From: an uncultured Enterobacteriaceae bacterium | GTDB lineage: Bacteria; Pseudomonadota; Gammaproteobacteria; Burkholderiales; SG8-39 | Reading direction: 5' to 3' | DNA: 64,000 nt | NCBI GenBank assembly: GCA_964461055.1 | Contig: CAYWSG010000002.1 | Location: 1,580 to 65,579, forward strand | Made by a program: the position numbers and the translations under genes | The notes under the pieces: model-generated | Database searches by the model: none | What the model was told of the DNA's origin: nothing | Seen by the model: the letters and a program-made list of their open reading frames with translations, nothing else | In this document: positions 54,929 to 64,000 of the stretch, one piece after another | Numbering within the stretch: position 1 is the stretch's first letter | Layout of the letters: each line of letters opens with the position of its first letter

Positions 54929-55672
54929 GTGCGGATCCTGGTGTCCAACGACGATGGTTATTTCGCGCCGGGCATCACGCTCCTTGCCGAAGCGCTGCGC
55001 CAGGTGGGCGAGGTCACGGTCGTGGCGCCCGAGCGCGATCGCTCCGGCGCCTCCAATTCCCTGACGCTCGACCGGCCGCTGTCGGTGCGCCGCGCCGCGA
55101 ACGGCTACTATTTCGTCAACGGAACGCCCACCGACTGCGTGCACATCGCCGTCACCGGCCTGCTCGACTTCGTCCCCGACGTGGTGGTTTCCGGCGTGAA
55201 CCTCGGCGCCAACATGGGCGACGACACGATCTACTCCGGCACGGTGGCTGCGGCCTCCGAGGGGTACCTCCTCGGCATTCCGTCCATCGCGCTCTCCCTC
55301 ACGAGCAAGGAAGGAGCGCACTTCGAGAGCGCGATCGGCATCGGGCTGCAGATGGTCTCGCGGCTGCAGCGGGCGCCGGTCCGCGAGCCGGTGCTCTTCA
55401 ACGTCAACGTGCCGGACATCCCGCCCGCCGCGCTGAAGGGCGTGGAGGTGACGCGGCTCGGCCGGCGCCACAAGGCCGAGCCGGTCGTGAAAATGCTCAC
55501 TCCGCGCGGCGATACCGCTTACTGGATCGGCCCGGCCGGCGGCGCCGCGGACGCCGGTCCGGGAACCGATTTCCACGCCGTCCAGCAGGGCCGGGTCTCG
55601 GTCACGCCCCTGCGCCTGGATCTCACGAATACCGGCCAGCTGGCGATGGCCCGGGAATGGATGGACCGATGA
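54929..55672 (+). CDS. surE: 5'/3'-nucleotidase SurE
   Basis: GTG start. [16 protein letters not shown]...[14 protein letters not shown]...GTPTDCV. surE-pcm-nlpD synteny. Confidence 0.95.
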   Translation: MRILVSNDDGYFAPGITLLAEALRQVGEVTVVAPERDRSGASNSLTLDRPLSVRRAANGYYFVNGTPTDCVHIAVTGLLDFVPDVVVSGVNLGANMGDDTIYSGTVAAASEGYLLGIPSIALSLTSKEGAHFESAIGIGLQMVSRLQRAPVREPVLFNVNVPDIPPAALKGVEVTRLGRRHKAEPVVKMLTPRGDTAYWIGPAGGAADAGPGTDFHAVQQGRVSVTPLRLDLTNTGQLAMAREWMDR

Positions 55673-56337
55673 AGCACGCGGTAGCCGGCATCGGCATGAC
55701 TTCCCAGCGCACTCGGGCGCGCATGGTGGAGCGCCTGCGGGAGCAGGGCATTCGCGACGAGCGGGTGCTGCGCGCAATGGGCACCGTGCCGCGGCACCTC
55801 TTCGTCGAGGAGGCCCTTGCGAGCCGCGCGTACGAGGACACGGCGCTGCCGATCGGCTTCGCGCAGACGATCTCGCAGCCGTTCGTGGTGGCGCGCATGA
55901 TCGAGGCGCTCGTGCAGGGCGTCGAGCAGCCGGGCAAGGTGCTGGAAGTGGGAACGGGCTGCGGCTACCAGGCCGCGGTGCTCGCCCAGCTCTACCGCGA
56001 GGTCTACTCGATGGAGCGCATCCGCGCGCTCCTCGACAAGGCGCGGATCAACCTCCTCGCCTTGCGGCTCGCGAACCTGCGGCTCGCGCATGGCGACGGC
56101 TACGCGGGCCTCGAGAAGGCGGCGCCCTTCCAGGCGATCATCGTCGCCGCCGCGGCGCCCGAGGTGCCCGACGCGCTCCTGCGCCAGCTCGCGTACGGCG
56201 GCAGGATGATCCTGCCGCTTCGCGCCTCGCGCCGCGAGGCGCAGCGGCTCGTGCTGATCGAGCGCACGCGGGCGGGATATGTCGAGTCCGAGCTCGATGC
56301 GGTACGGTTCGTACCCATGGAGGCCGGCAAGGCATGA
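55669..56337 (+). CDS. pcm: Protein-L-isoaspartate O-methyltransferase
   Basis: ATG 55669 overlaps the surE stop (ATGA); alternative start ATG 55657. [15 protein letters not shown] motif [16 protein letters not shown]. Confidence 0.93.
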   Translation: MKHAVAGIGMTSQRTRARMVERLREQGIRDERVLRAMGTVPRHLFVEEALASRAYEDTALPIGFAQTISQPFVVARMIEALVQGVEQPGKVLEVGTGCGYQAAVLAQLYREVYSMERIRALLDKARINLLALRLANLRLAHGDGYAGLEKAAPFQAIIVAAAAPEVPDALLRQLAYGGRMILPLRASRREAQRLVLIERTRAGYVESELDAVRFVPMEAGKA

Positions 56338-57230
56338 GCGAGAGAGCCGAACGCAAGCGGAGTCATCAGGCGGTGCTCGCCCTCGTGCTCGGCGCCGTGC
56401 TTGTGCTGGGCGGCTGCGCCTCGCGCCGGGACGCCGCTCCGGTCGTCGAGCGCTCGCCGGCTTCGGCCAAGACGAGGCCTGCGCCGGTGCGGGCCGTCGT
56501 CGCAGTCGCCGAGAGCCCGTCCTCGCCGGCCGCCGAGCGCCCGGCGCCCGAGGGCTACTACATCGTGAAGCGCGGCGACACGCTGTACAGCATCGCGCTC
56601 GAGCATGGCGCCGACTACCGTGAAGTAGCGCAGTGGAACGGACTCGACGATCCGACGAAGATCTACGTGGGACAGCAACTGCGGGTCACGGAGCCGCCGG
56701 CGCCCAAGGGCGTCCAGGTCGGCGCCGTTCGGGCGCCGAGCCGGGTCGAGGCACGACCGCTCGACACGCCGGAACCCAAGAAGGACACGCAGGCTTCGGG
56801 GCAGACGCAGACTGCGAAGAGCAGCGCGCCGGATCCTAAGGCGTCGTCGGCAAAGCCCGCCACGACGGCGCCGTTCATCTGGCCTGCCAAGGGCAAGGTC
56901 ATCGCCGGCTTCGGCGAATCGCGCAGCAAGGGCATCGACATCGACGGCAAGCCCGGCGATCCGGTGGTGGCGGCGGCCGATGGCCGGGTCACCTACACGG
57001 GGACCGGCATCCCGGGACTCGGCAAGCTCGTCGTCATCAAGCACGACAACGGGTTCATCACCGTCTACGCGCACAACCAGGACATCCTCGTGAAGGAGCA
57101 GCAGGCCGTGTCGCAGGGGCAGAAGATCGCCGAGCTCGGCCGCTCCGACGCCGATCGCCCGAAGCTGCACTTCCAGATCCGCAAGGGCTCCTCGCCCGTG
57201 GACCCGATGCGCTATCTGCCGGGCACCTGA
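56334..57230 (+). CDS. nlpD: LysM + M23 peptidase-domain murein hydrolase activator lipoprotein NlpD
   Basis: Lipobox LVLGGCAS. Lys[30 protein letters not shown]. Pro/Ala-rich linker. M23 domain [24 protein letters not shown]...[16 protein letters not shown]...LHFQIRK. Confidence 0.92.
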   Translation: MSERAERKRSHQAVLALVLGAVLVLGGCASRRDAAPVVERSPASAKTRPAPVRAVVAVAESPSSPAAERPAPEGYYIVKRGDTLYSIALEHGADYREVAQWNGLDDPTKIYVGQQLRVTEPPAPKGVQVGAVRAPSRVEARPLDTPEPKKDTQASGQTQTAKSSAPDPKASSAKPATTAPFIWPAKGKVIAGFGESRSKGIDIDGKPGDPVVAAADGRVTYTGTGIPGLGKLVVIKHDNGFITVYAHNQDILVKEQQAVSQGQKIAELGRSDADRPKLHFQIRKGSSPVDPMRYLPGT

Positions 57231-58243
57231 GCCCGCGCCTGCCTCACGGCATCGGCAAGGTCGGCCACGGCGGTCGCGTAGAAGGCGCTGCGGTTGTAGC
57301 GGGTGAGGACGTAGAAGTTGCGCAGCCCGACGCGGAAATCGCTGCCCGCATCGGGGGTGGCAAGCTCCACCAGAACGCCGAGCTTCGAGCGCTGCTCAGG
57401 CGCCATGCCGAGCGGCTCGACGCCGGCCTCGAGCAGGGTGGATAGCGCGTGGCGCGGCTCGACACTGCCATCGACAAACGCCCGATAGCCTTCTCCCGTG
57501 ATGCGCGCGGGGAAGAGGACCGGCGCCCCCGGCCGCCAGCCATGGCGGTGCAGGTAGTTTGCGACGCTGCCCACCGCGTCGGCGGCGCTGTCGCTGAGGT
57601 CGATGCGGCCGTCGCCGTCGAAGTCCACGGCGAAGCGGCGCGCGCTCCCGGGCATGAACTGCGGGATGCCGAACGCGCCGGCGTAGGAGCCGCGCAGGGC
57701 GAAGACGTCGAGGCCCTCGTCGCGCGCGAGGAGCAGGTACTGCCTCAGCTCGTCGCGAAAGAAGGCCGAGCGCGGAGGATGGTCGAAGGCCAGCGTCGAG
57801 AGCGCCTCGATCACCCGCCAGCGTCCGGTGTTGCGCCCGTACAGCGTCTCGACGCCGATGATGCCGACGATGTACTCGGCCGGGATGCCGTACTGGCGCT
57901 CCGCGCGCTCGAGCGCCGCCTGGTTCGCGTTCCAGAACGCGACGCCGGCCTCGATGCGCCGGTCGTTCACGAAGAGCGCCCGGTACTCCTGCCACGAGCG
58001 AACCTTGTCTGCGGGCGCCGAGATCGCGCGCAGGATGGGGTCGACCGGCTTGACGCGCGCGAACACGTCGAGAAGCTCCGCTTCGGCGAAGGCGTGCCGG
58101 TTCGCCAGGTCGCGCACGAAGGCGCGCACTTCGGGACGGGCGGCGTAGGCCTCTTCGGTTTGGCTTGCTTGCGGCGCTTGGGCATGCGCGCCGGAAACGG
58201 TGAGCGCGAGGGCGGCGGCGAAGGCCGTCTTGCGTGGTGTCAT
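57212..58243 (-). CDS. mltB: Lytic murein transglycosylase B family (MltB/Slt35-like, soluble: signal peptide without lipobox)
   Basis: 343 aa MTPRKTAFAAALALTVSGAHA.... Catalytic GIIGVETLYG, GSYAGAFGIPQFMP, EF-hand-like DFDGDGRIDL. ATGA overlap with the tgpA stop. 19-nt convergent overlap with nlpD. Confidence 0.9.
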   Translation of the reverse strand: MTPRKTAFAAALALTVSGAHAQAPQASQTEEAYAARPEVRAFVRDLANRHAFAEAELLDVFARVKPVDPILRAISAPADKVRSWQEYRALFVNDRRIEAGVAFWNANQAALERAERQYGIPAEYIVGIIGVETLYGRNTGRWRVIEALSTLAFDHPPRSAFFRDELRQYLLLARDEGLDVFALRGSYAGAFGIPQFMPGSARRFAVDFDGDGRIDLSDSAADAVGSVANYLHRHGWRPGAPVLFPARITGEGYRAFVDGSVEPRHALSTLLEAGVEPLGMAPEQRSKLGVLVELATPDAGSDFRVGLRNFYVLTRYNRSAFYATAVADLADAVRQARAQVPGR

Positions 58244-60228
58244 GTCAGCCTCAGTTGACGGACCAGGCGGCGGAGCTGCGCCACCCGGAGCGGCGTGGGG
58301 CCTCCGCCGTAGCGCAGGCCGATGTACAGGGCGCCGATCTGCAGGATGATGCGCCGCGACGCGGGCAGCGCCCGGGCGGCACGGGCGGCGTAGTCGCGCG
58401 GCCCTTCGTGGGGCGCGCGCGTGACGCCGCGGCGGGCAAGCTTGCGGCAGAACGCCGCCCAGGCGCGCTGCACCGGATCGGGGCGCGCAAGCCGGCGCAG
58501 CGACCAGGCGAGGAGCAGCGCGGTGAGCACGCCGAGGATCGTGAAGAGCGTCGCCGTGAGGGCGCGCCAGTCGGCGCTCGGAATGCCGACGAAGCTCAGC
58601 AGATCGCGCTGCCGGTCGGGGTTGTAGCCGAGGACCCAGACGTTCCATCGATGCGCGATCGCTTCCCACCGGTGGCGGGCGCGACGCAGCCACTCGGCAT
58701 CGGTCCGGATGAGGAAGGGCAGCGCCTCGGCGTTCGGGATGGAGCGCGCGAGGCCGGAGTCCATCCGCACCGGGTTCGTCGCCGCCGTCGGGTCCACGCG
58801 CACCCAGCCGCGGCCCTGCAGGAAGACCTCCGTCCATGCGTGCGCTTCCGACTGCCGCACGGTGATGATGCGATCGACCGAGTTCACGTCGCCGCCAAGA
58901 TAGCCCATGACGACGCGTGCCGGGACGCCGGCCGCCCGCATGAGAAAGGCGAACGCCGAGGCGAAGTGCTCGCAGAACCCCTGGCGGGTCGTGAAGAGGA
59001 ATTCGTCGACGGCGTGCGCGCCGAGAAGCGGCGGCTCGAGCGTATAGACGAATCCTCCGGTGCGGATGAACTGCGTGGCTTTCTCGACGATCTCGGCATC
59101 GGAGCGGGCCGATGCGCGCCAGGAGCGGGCGAGCGCCCGCGCCTGCGGGTTCACGTCGGGCGGCAGGCTGAGCGCGCGGCGGAGCAGGGTGGACGTCTCG
59201 GCCGGCCGCACGGCGTCCACGGCGACGGAAGTGAGCTCGTAGCGGATCCGGCTTCTCACCGGCGCCTGCGCCATGAGCTGGCCGTCGGGCGTGAAGCGCG
59301 CGCGCTCGGGCGCGCTCGTCGCCGACTCCAGCGCGAAGAGCCACTCCCGGTTGTGCGGCTCGAGCACCATCTCGTAGCGGTAGACCTGCGCCTGCGCGCC
59401 CGCTTGCGGCGGCTCGTAGTGCGCGAGCGTCCCTCGTCCGGTGTGCCAGGTGCGCCCGTCGAAGTCCCACAGGACCGGGCCGCGCCAGTAGAGCAGGCGG
59501 TGCGGCGGCGTCTCGCCGCGGAACTCGGCGCGAAACGCCGTCGCGTCGGAGAGGACGAGCCGCGAGATGTTGCCGGGCGACATGGAGCCGGAGAGCCCCG
59601 AGAGGCCGGCGTAGGCGTCCTGGGGCAATCCCCAGAGCGGACCCTGCACGCGCGGAAAGAGGAAAAACAGCACCAGGGCCGCCGGCAGCGCATGCGCGAG
59701 CAGGATGCCGGCGGTCCTCGCGCTCGCGGCGAGCGGACGCTGCGGCGCGCTCATCGCCACGAGCGCGGTGACGAGCATGGCGACGGCCGCCAGCATGCCG
59801 AGGGCGGTCGGAATGGACTGCGTGAAGAGGAAGTTCGTGATGAGAAGAAAGAAGCCGAGGAGGACGGCGACCGCGGCGTCGCGGTGGCTTCGCACCTCCA
59901 TGAGCTTCAGCCCGGAGAAGAGGACCAGCAGCATGACGCCGGCGCCGCGCCCGAAGAGCGTTCGCTGGTCCACCCATACGCCGAGAATCCCGACGAGCGC
60001 TACGGCGAGAAGGAGCCAGCGCGAGGGAAGCGCCGTGCGCGTCACGATGAAGTACACCCGCCAGCCATAGAGGCACAGGGCGAGCGCGACGAGCCACCAG
60101 GGCGAGCGGGCGAGGTGCGGGAGCACCGCCACGGCGAGCGAGCCGGTCAGCCATGCCGCATCCCTCGCGGACACGGCGCGCGCCGAAGGCGAAAGCGGGT
60201 GGAGCGGCGCGTTCGAGGCGCGCCTCAT
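58240..60228 (-). CDS. tgpA: Transglutaminase TgpA-like membrane protein (DUF3488 N-domain + transglutaminase core + DUF4129-like C-region)
   Basis: 662 aa from MRRASNAPL (CAT 60226-60228). Six N-terminal TM helices. Transglutaminase core RQGFCEHFASAFAFLMRAAGVPARVVMGY...HAWTEVFL...WVRVDPT (Cys-His-Asp). Confidence 0.85.
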   Translation of the reverse strand: MRRASNAPLHPLSPSARAVSARDAAWLTGSLAVAVLPHLARSPWWLVALALCLYGWRVYFIVTRTALPSRWLLLAVALVGILGVWVDQRTLFGRGAGVMLLVLFSGLKLMEVRSHRDAAVAVLLGFFLLITNFLFTQSIPTALGMLAAVAMLVTALVAMSAPQRPLAASARTAGILLAHALPAALVLFFLFPRVQGPLWGLPQDAYAGLSGLSGSMSPGNISRLVLSDATAFRAEFRGETPPHRLLYWRGPVLWDFDGRTWHTGRGTLAHYEPPQAGAQAQVYRYEMVLEPHNREWLFALESATSAPERARFTPDGQLMAQAPVRSRIRYELTSVAVDAVRPAETSTLLRRALSLPPDVNPQARALARSWRASARSDAEIVEKATQFIRTGGFVYTLEPPLLGAHAVDEFLFTTRQGFCEHFASAFAFLMRAAGVPARVVMGYLGGDVNSVDRIITVRQSEAHAWTEVFLQGRGWVRVDPTAATNPVRMDSGLARSIPNAEALPFLIRTDAEWLRRARHRWEAIAHRWNVWVLGYNPDRQRDLLSFVGIPSADWRALTATLFTILGVLTALLLAWSLRRLARPDPVQRAWAAFCRKLARRGVTRAPHEGPRDYAARAARALPASRRIILQIGALYIGLRYGGGPTPLRVAQLRRLVRQLRLT

Positions 60229-61199
60229 GGCGCCTCGGTTTGAAAGAGAGCGAGCGCCTGGAGGCAGCTCGCGGTGTGCGCATCGCCCCGGCCGGCGGCG
60301 ATCTCCTGGCCGGGAATGCGAAGCCCGAAGCGGGCGCCGGCCGCCTCCGCTTGCAGCACCCACCCGGCGAGGCGCGAAAGGCGCCCCTCGGTGTCGAGCC
60401 CGGCCGGCAGGCGCTGCCAGTCGAGCCACAGCTCGGAGGCCGCTTCCCCGGTGAACTGCTTGGTCAGCATGTCGTCGGTCCGGGCGTATGCCTTCCACGC
60501 GACGTGCCGGGGCGAATCGGAGGGCTGGTAGCTTCGCAAGGTGGCGAAGTCCTCGTTTCCGGCGCTCGGCGTGGCGCGCGCGCCCTGCTCCTCGAGCGGC
60601 GTCGGCGCCGGGAGCGGGCTGCGCTCGGGCCGCGGGTAGACCAGGCAGCGGGCATCGGGCTCGGCGTAGCTCCAGGCGCGAAAGAGCCCCGTGGGGAAGC
60701 GCGTCTCGAGAAGGAGCCGCCCGAGCGGCTGCCAGCCGCGGCGCGCCGTCGGGATCGCGAGGCGGACCTGCGCCTGGCCATGGGGAGCGATGTCGACGAG
60801 CGTCTCGACGCCGCTGCCCAGATGGCGCACGAGGATCGCGGGACGGTCGTACGGCGCCTGCCCGTCGAGATACAGCCGGAAGTGTGCCGCCTCGCCGGCG
60901 AAGACCGGCTCGGCGCGGCCGGTGCTGATCGCCATGCGCGCAAGGTTGCGCGCGGTATGGACCATCGCGACGAGGCCCATGCCGGCGAGGAGGAACGTGA
61001 GCGCGAAGCCGAGCGACAGCGCGTAGTTGATGGAGCCGACGAGCAGCACGAGCAGCGTGCCGGCGTAGAGCCAGCCGAGCCTCGTCGGCACGATGTAGAC
61101 CCGGCGGTGGACGAGCACGACGGTGCCGCGCTCCGGCGGCGTGAAGCCGTAGAGGCGGTTCGCGAGCCTCGGGTGGCGCGCAAGGAAGGCGCCGATCAT
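60225..61199 (-). CDS. DUF58 domain-containing protein
   Basis: 324 aa. Two N-terminal TM helices, then DFATLRSYQPSDSPRHVAWKAYAR (DUF58 signature). ATGA overlap with tgpA. Confidence 0.8.
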   Translation of the reverse strand: MIGAFLARHPRLANRLYGFTPPERGTVVLVHRRVYIVPTRLGWLYAGTLLVLLVGSINYALSLGFALTFLLAGMGLVAMVHTARNLARMAISTGRAEPVFAGEAAHFRLYLDGQAPYDRPAILVRHLGSGVETLVDIAPHGQAQVRLAIPTARRGWQPLGRLLLETRFPTGLFRAWSYAEPDARCLVYPRPERSPLPAPTPLEEQGARATPSAGNEDFATLRSYQPSDSPRHVAWKAYARTDDMLTKQFTGEAASELWLDWQRLPAGLDTEGRLSRLAGWVLQAEAAGARFGLRIPGQEIAAGRGDAHTASCLQALALFQTEAP

Positions 61200-61206
61200 C
61201 GCGCCC

Positions 61207-61811
61207 TCAGTGGGTCGGTGCGTCGTAGTTCCATCGGCGTTTCCATGCCTCGAGCACGAGGTTGGGGTACTCGGGCTTGCCGAGGCTGCCGTTGTAGCGC
61301 CCCAGCGCCCGGAAATAATCGCCCTTCTCGATGTCGAGGTAATGACGCAGTATGGCGCAGCCGTACGCGATGTTGGTCCGGAGATGGAAAAGATTGTGCC
61401 GCGGCTGGCCGATCACCTTCAGCCAGAACGGCATGACCTGCATGTAGCCGCGCGCGCCGGCCGCGGAGACCGCGTACTTGCGAAAGCCGCTCTCCACCTC
61501 GATCACGCTCAGCACGAGCTGCGGATCGAGCCTCGCGCGGAGCGCCTCGTAGTGCACTGTGCGAAGGAGCTCGAGCCGGCGGCGCCGGTCCGGGATGCGG
61601 CGCGCAAGCCGCTTCTCCATGGCCTCGATCCAGCGCCGGCCGTCCTCGACGGAGCGGAAGCTCAGGGTCGCGGGCGCCCGGTCCGAGACCTGCGCCGACA
61701 GGCGCCCGCGCACGCTGTCGGCGAGCGGCTCGTACTGCTGCGCGCCCGCGCGGGCGACGAGCGGCAGGGCGAAGGCCAGGACCAAGGCCGGGACGTAGGC
61801 CAGGCCCCGCC

Positions 61812-61815
<4 letters not shown>
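61207..61815 (-). CDS. Lytic transglycosylase, SLT-domain (family 1) protein, exported
   Basis: Signal peptide [23 protein letters not shown]. Catalytic [39 protein letters not shown] overlaps the proS stop (ATGA). Confidence 0.85.
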
Positions 61816-63524
<1,709 letters not shown>

Positions 63525-63569
63525 GCCGCGCATTGAGTTTGATGCCGGGCTGTGGAAAAATCGAACCGG

Positions 63570-63575
63570 ATTCTA
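63570..63575 (-). promoter_or_regulatory. -10-like hexamer TAGAAT for proS
   Basis: Minus strand TAGAAT, about 36-45 nt upstream of the proS ATG (63533/63524). Confidence 0.4.
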
Positions 63576-63595
63576 GCTCAGTGGGGCATGCTCGT

Positions 63596-64000
63596 ATGCT
63601 GGACCGCGAAGGGTACCGTCCCAACGTCGGGATCGTCCTCGCCAACCAGAGGAACGAGGTCTTCTGGGGCAAGCGCGTCAACCAGCACGCGTGGCAATTT
63701 CCCCAGGGCGGCATCAAGCACGGCGAGACGCCGGTGGATGCCATGTACCGCGAGCTGGAAGAAGAGATCGGCCTGCAGCGCTGGCATGTGCGCGTTCTGG
63801 GCCGCACGCGCGAATGGCTGCGCTACGACGTCCCGGAGAAGTGGATGCGCCATGCCCGGGATGACGCTTCCGGCGGCTCGCGTGGCGCGGCGGGAGGCGC
63901 GGGCTGCTCGCGCAGCCCGTACCGCGGCCAGAAGCAGATCTGGTTCCTGCTGAGGCTCGTCGGCCGCGACTGCGACGTGCGCCTTCGCGCGAGCAGCCAC
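63596..64000 (+). CDS. rppH: RNA pyrophosphohydrolase RppH (NudH), 5' part; runs off the window end
   Basis: Not in the ORF track (no stop in window). ATG 63596: [60 protein letters not shown] (Nudix box) ...[13 protein letters not shown]. Divergent from proS. Confidence 0.88.
   Translation, partial: MLDREGYRPNVGIVLANQRNEVFWGKRVNQHAWQFPQGGIKHGETPVDAMYRELEEEIGLQRWHVRVLGRTREWLRYDVPEKWMRHARDDASGGSRGAAGGAGCSRSPYRGQKQIWFLLRLVGRDCDVRLRASSH

Noticed and set aside
63552-63953. 133-aa plus-strand track ORF at the right edge
   Set aside because: It is out of frame with the clearly recognisable RppH/NudH reading frame, which starts at ATG 63596 (Nudix box [23 protein letters not shown]). That frame is missing from the track only because it has no stop inside the window.

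Overview
Very GC-rich proteobacterial chromosome segment (about 70% GC by eye, not computed). It is almost fully coding, with no intergenic gap over about 110 bp, and looks like core genome. I call about 67 protein genes and 2 tRNAs, with no rRNA, CRISPR array, IS, transposase or integrase. All calls come from reading the six-frame translations and recalling conserved motifs and synteny; no database search was run.

Gene content, left to right:
- Mo-hydroxylase gene 3' end and tonB.
- A split Fe3+ ABC importer with two Fur-box-like sites.
- A stand-alone mini-secretin, a DinG/YoaA-like helicase and an SDR epimerase.
- bamD / rluD-pgeF and a ZIP transporter.
- A PHA cluster: phaC-phaA-phaB-phaB-phaR-rimO-thiolase-patatin.
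- An EamA transporter and a glycine-zipper protein.
- A long minus-strand chain: DnaQ/GIY-YIG nuclease, conserved hypothetical, recJ, exported methyltransferase, cyclophilin-like protein, KTSC protein, prfB (programmed +1 frameshift), lysS.
- A Bug/TctC binding protein, GST and a small lipoprotein.
- A four-gene PNPOx-VOC-OsmC-DUF429 operon.
- lolC-lolD, DUF2062 / comEC.
- Hypothetical, alpha/beta hydrolase, aapJQM (no ATPase gene).
- mtfA / relA.
- tRNA-Val-thrS-infC (ATC start)-rpmI-rplT-pheS-pheT-ihfA-MerR-tRNA-Pro.
- surE-pcm-nlpD.
- A minus-strand chain proS-SLT-DUF58-tgpA-mltB.
- rppH 5' part.

I did not find a clear-cut new multigene system such as a defence island. The observations most worth follow-up are:
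- A recurrent -10-like hexamer only 6-10 nt upstream of eleven start codons with no Shine-Dalgarno, including an 18-bp bidirectional mtfA/relA region. This suggests leaderless transcripts.
- Three genes inserted into the conserved recJ-prfB-lysS block, one of them a stand-alone KTSC (LysRS C-terminal) domain gene next to lysS.
- A translationally coupled proS-SLT-DUF58-tgpA-mltB chain lacking the usual MoxR partner.
- rimO without any canonical start codon, abutting the phaR stop.
- A coupled three-nuclease operon.

Many long ORFs in the supplied track are off-frame or antisense artefacts of the high GC content.
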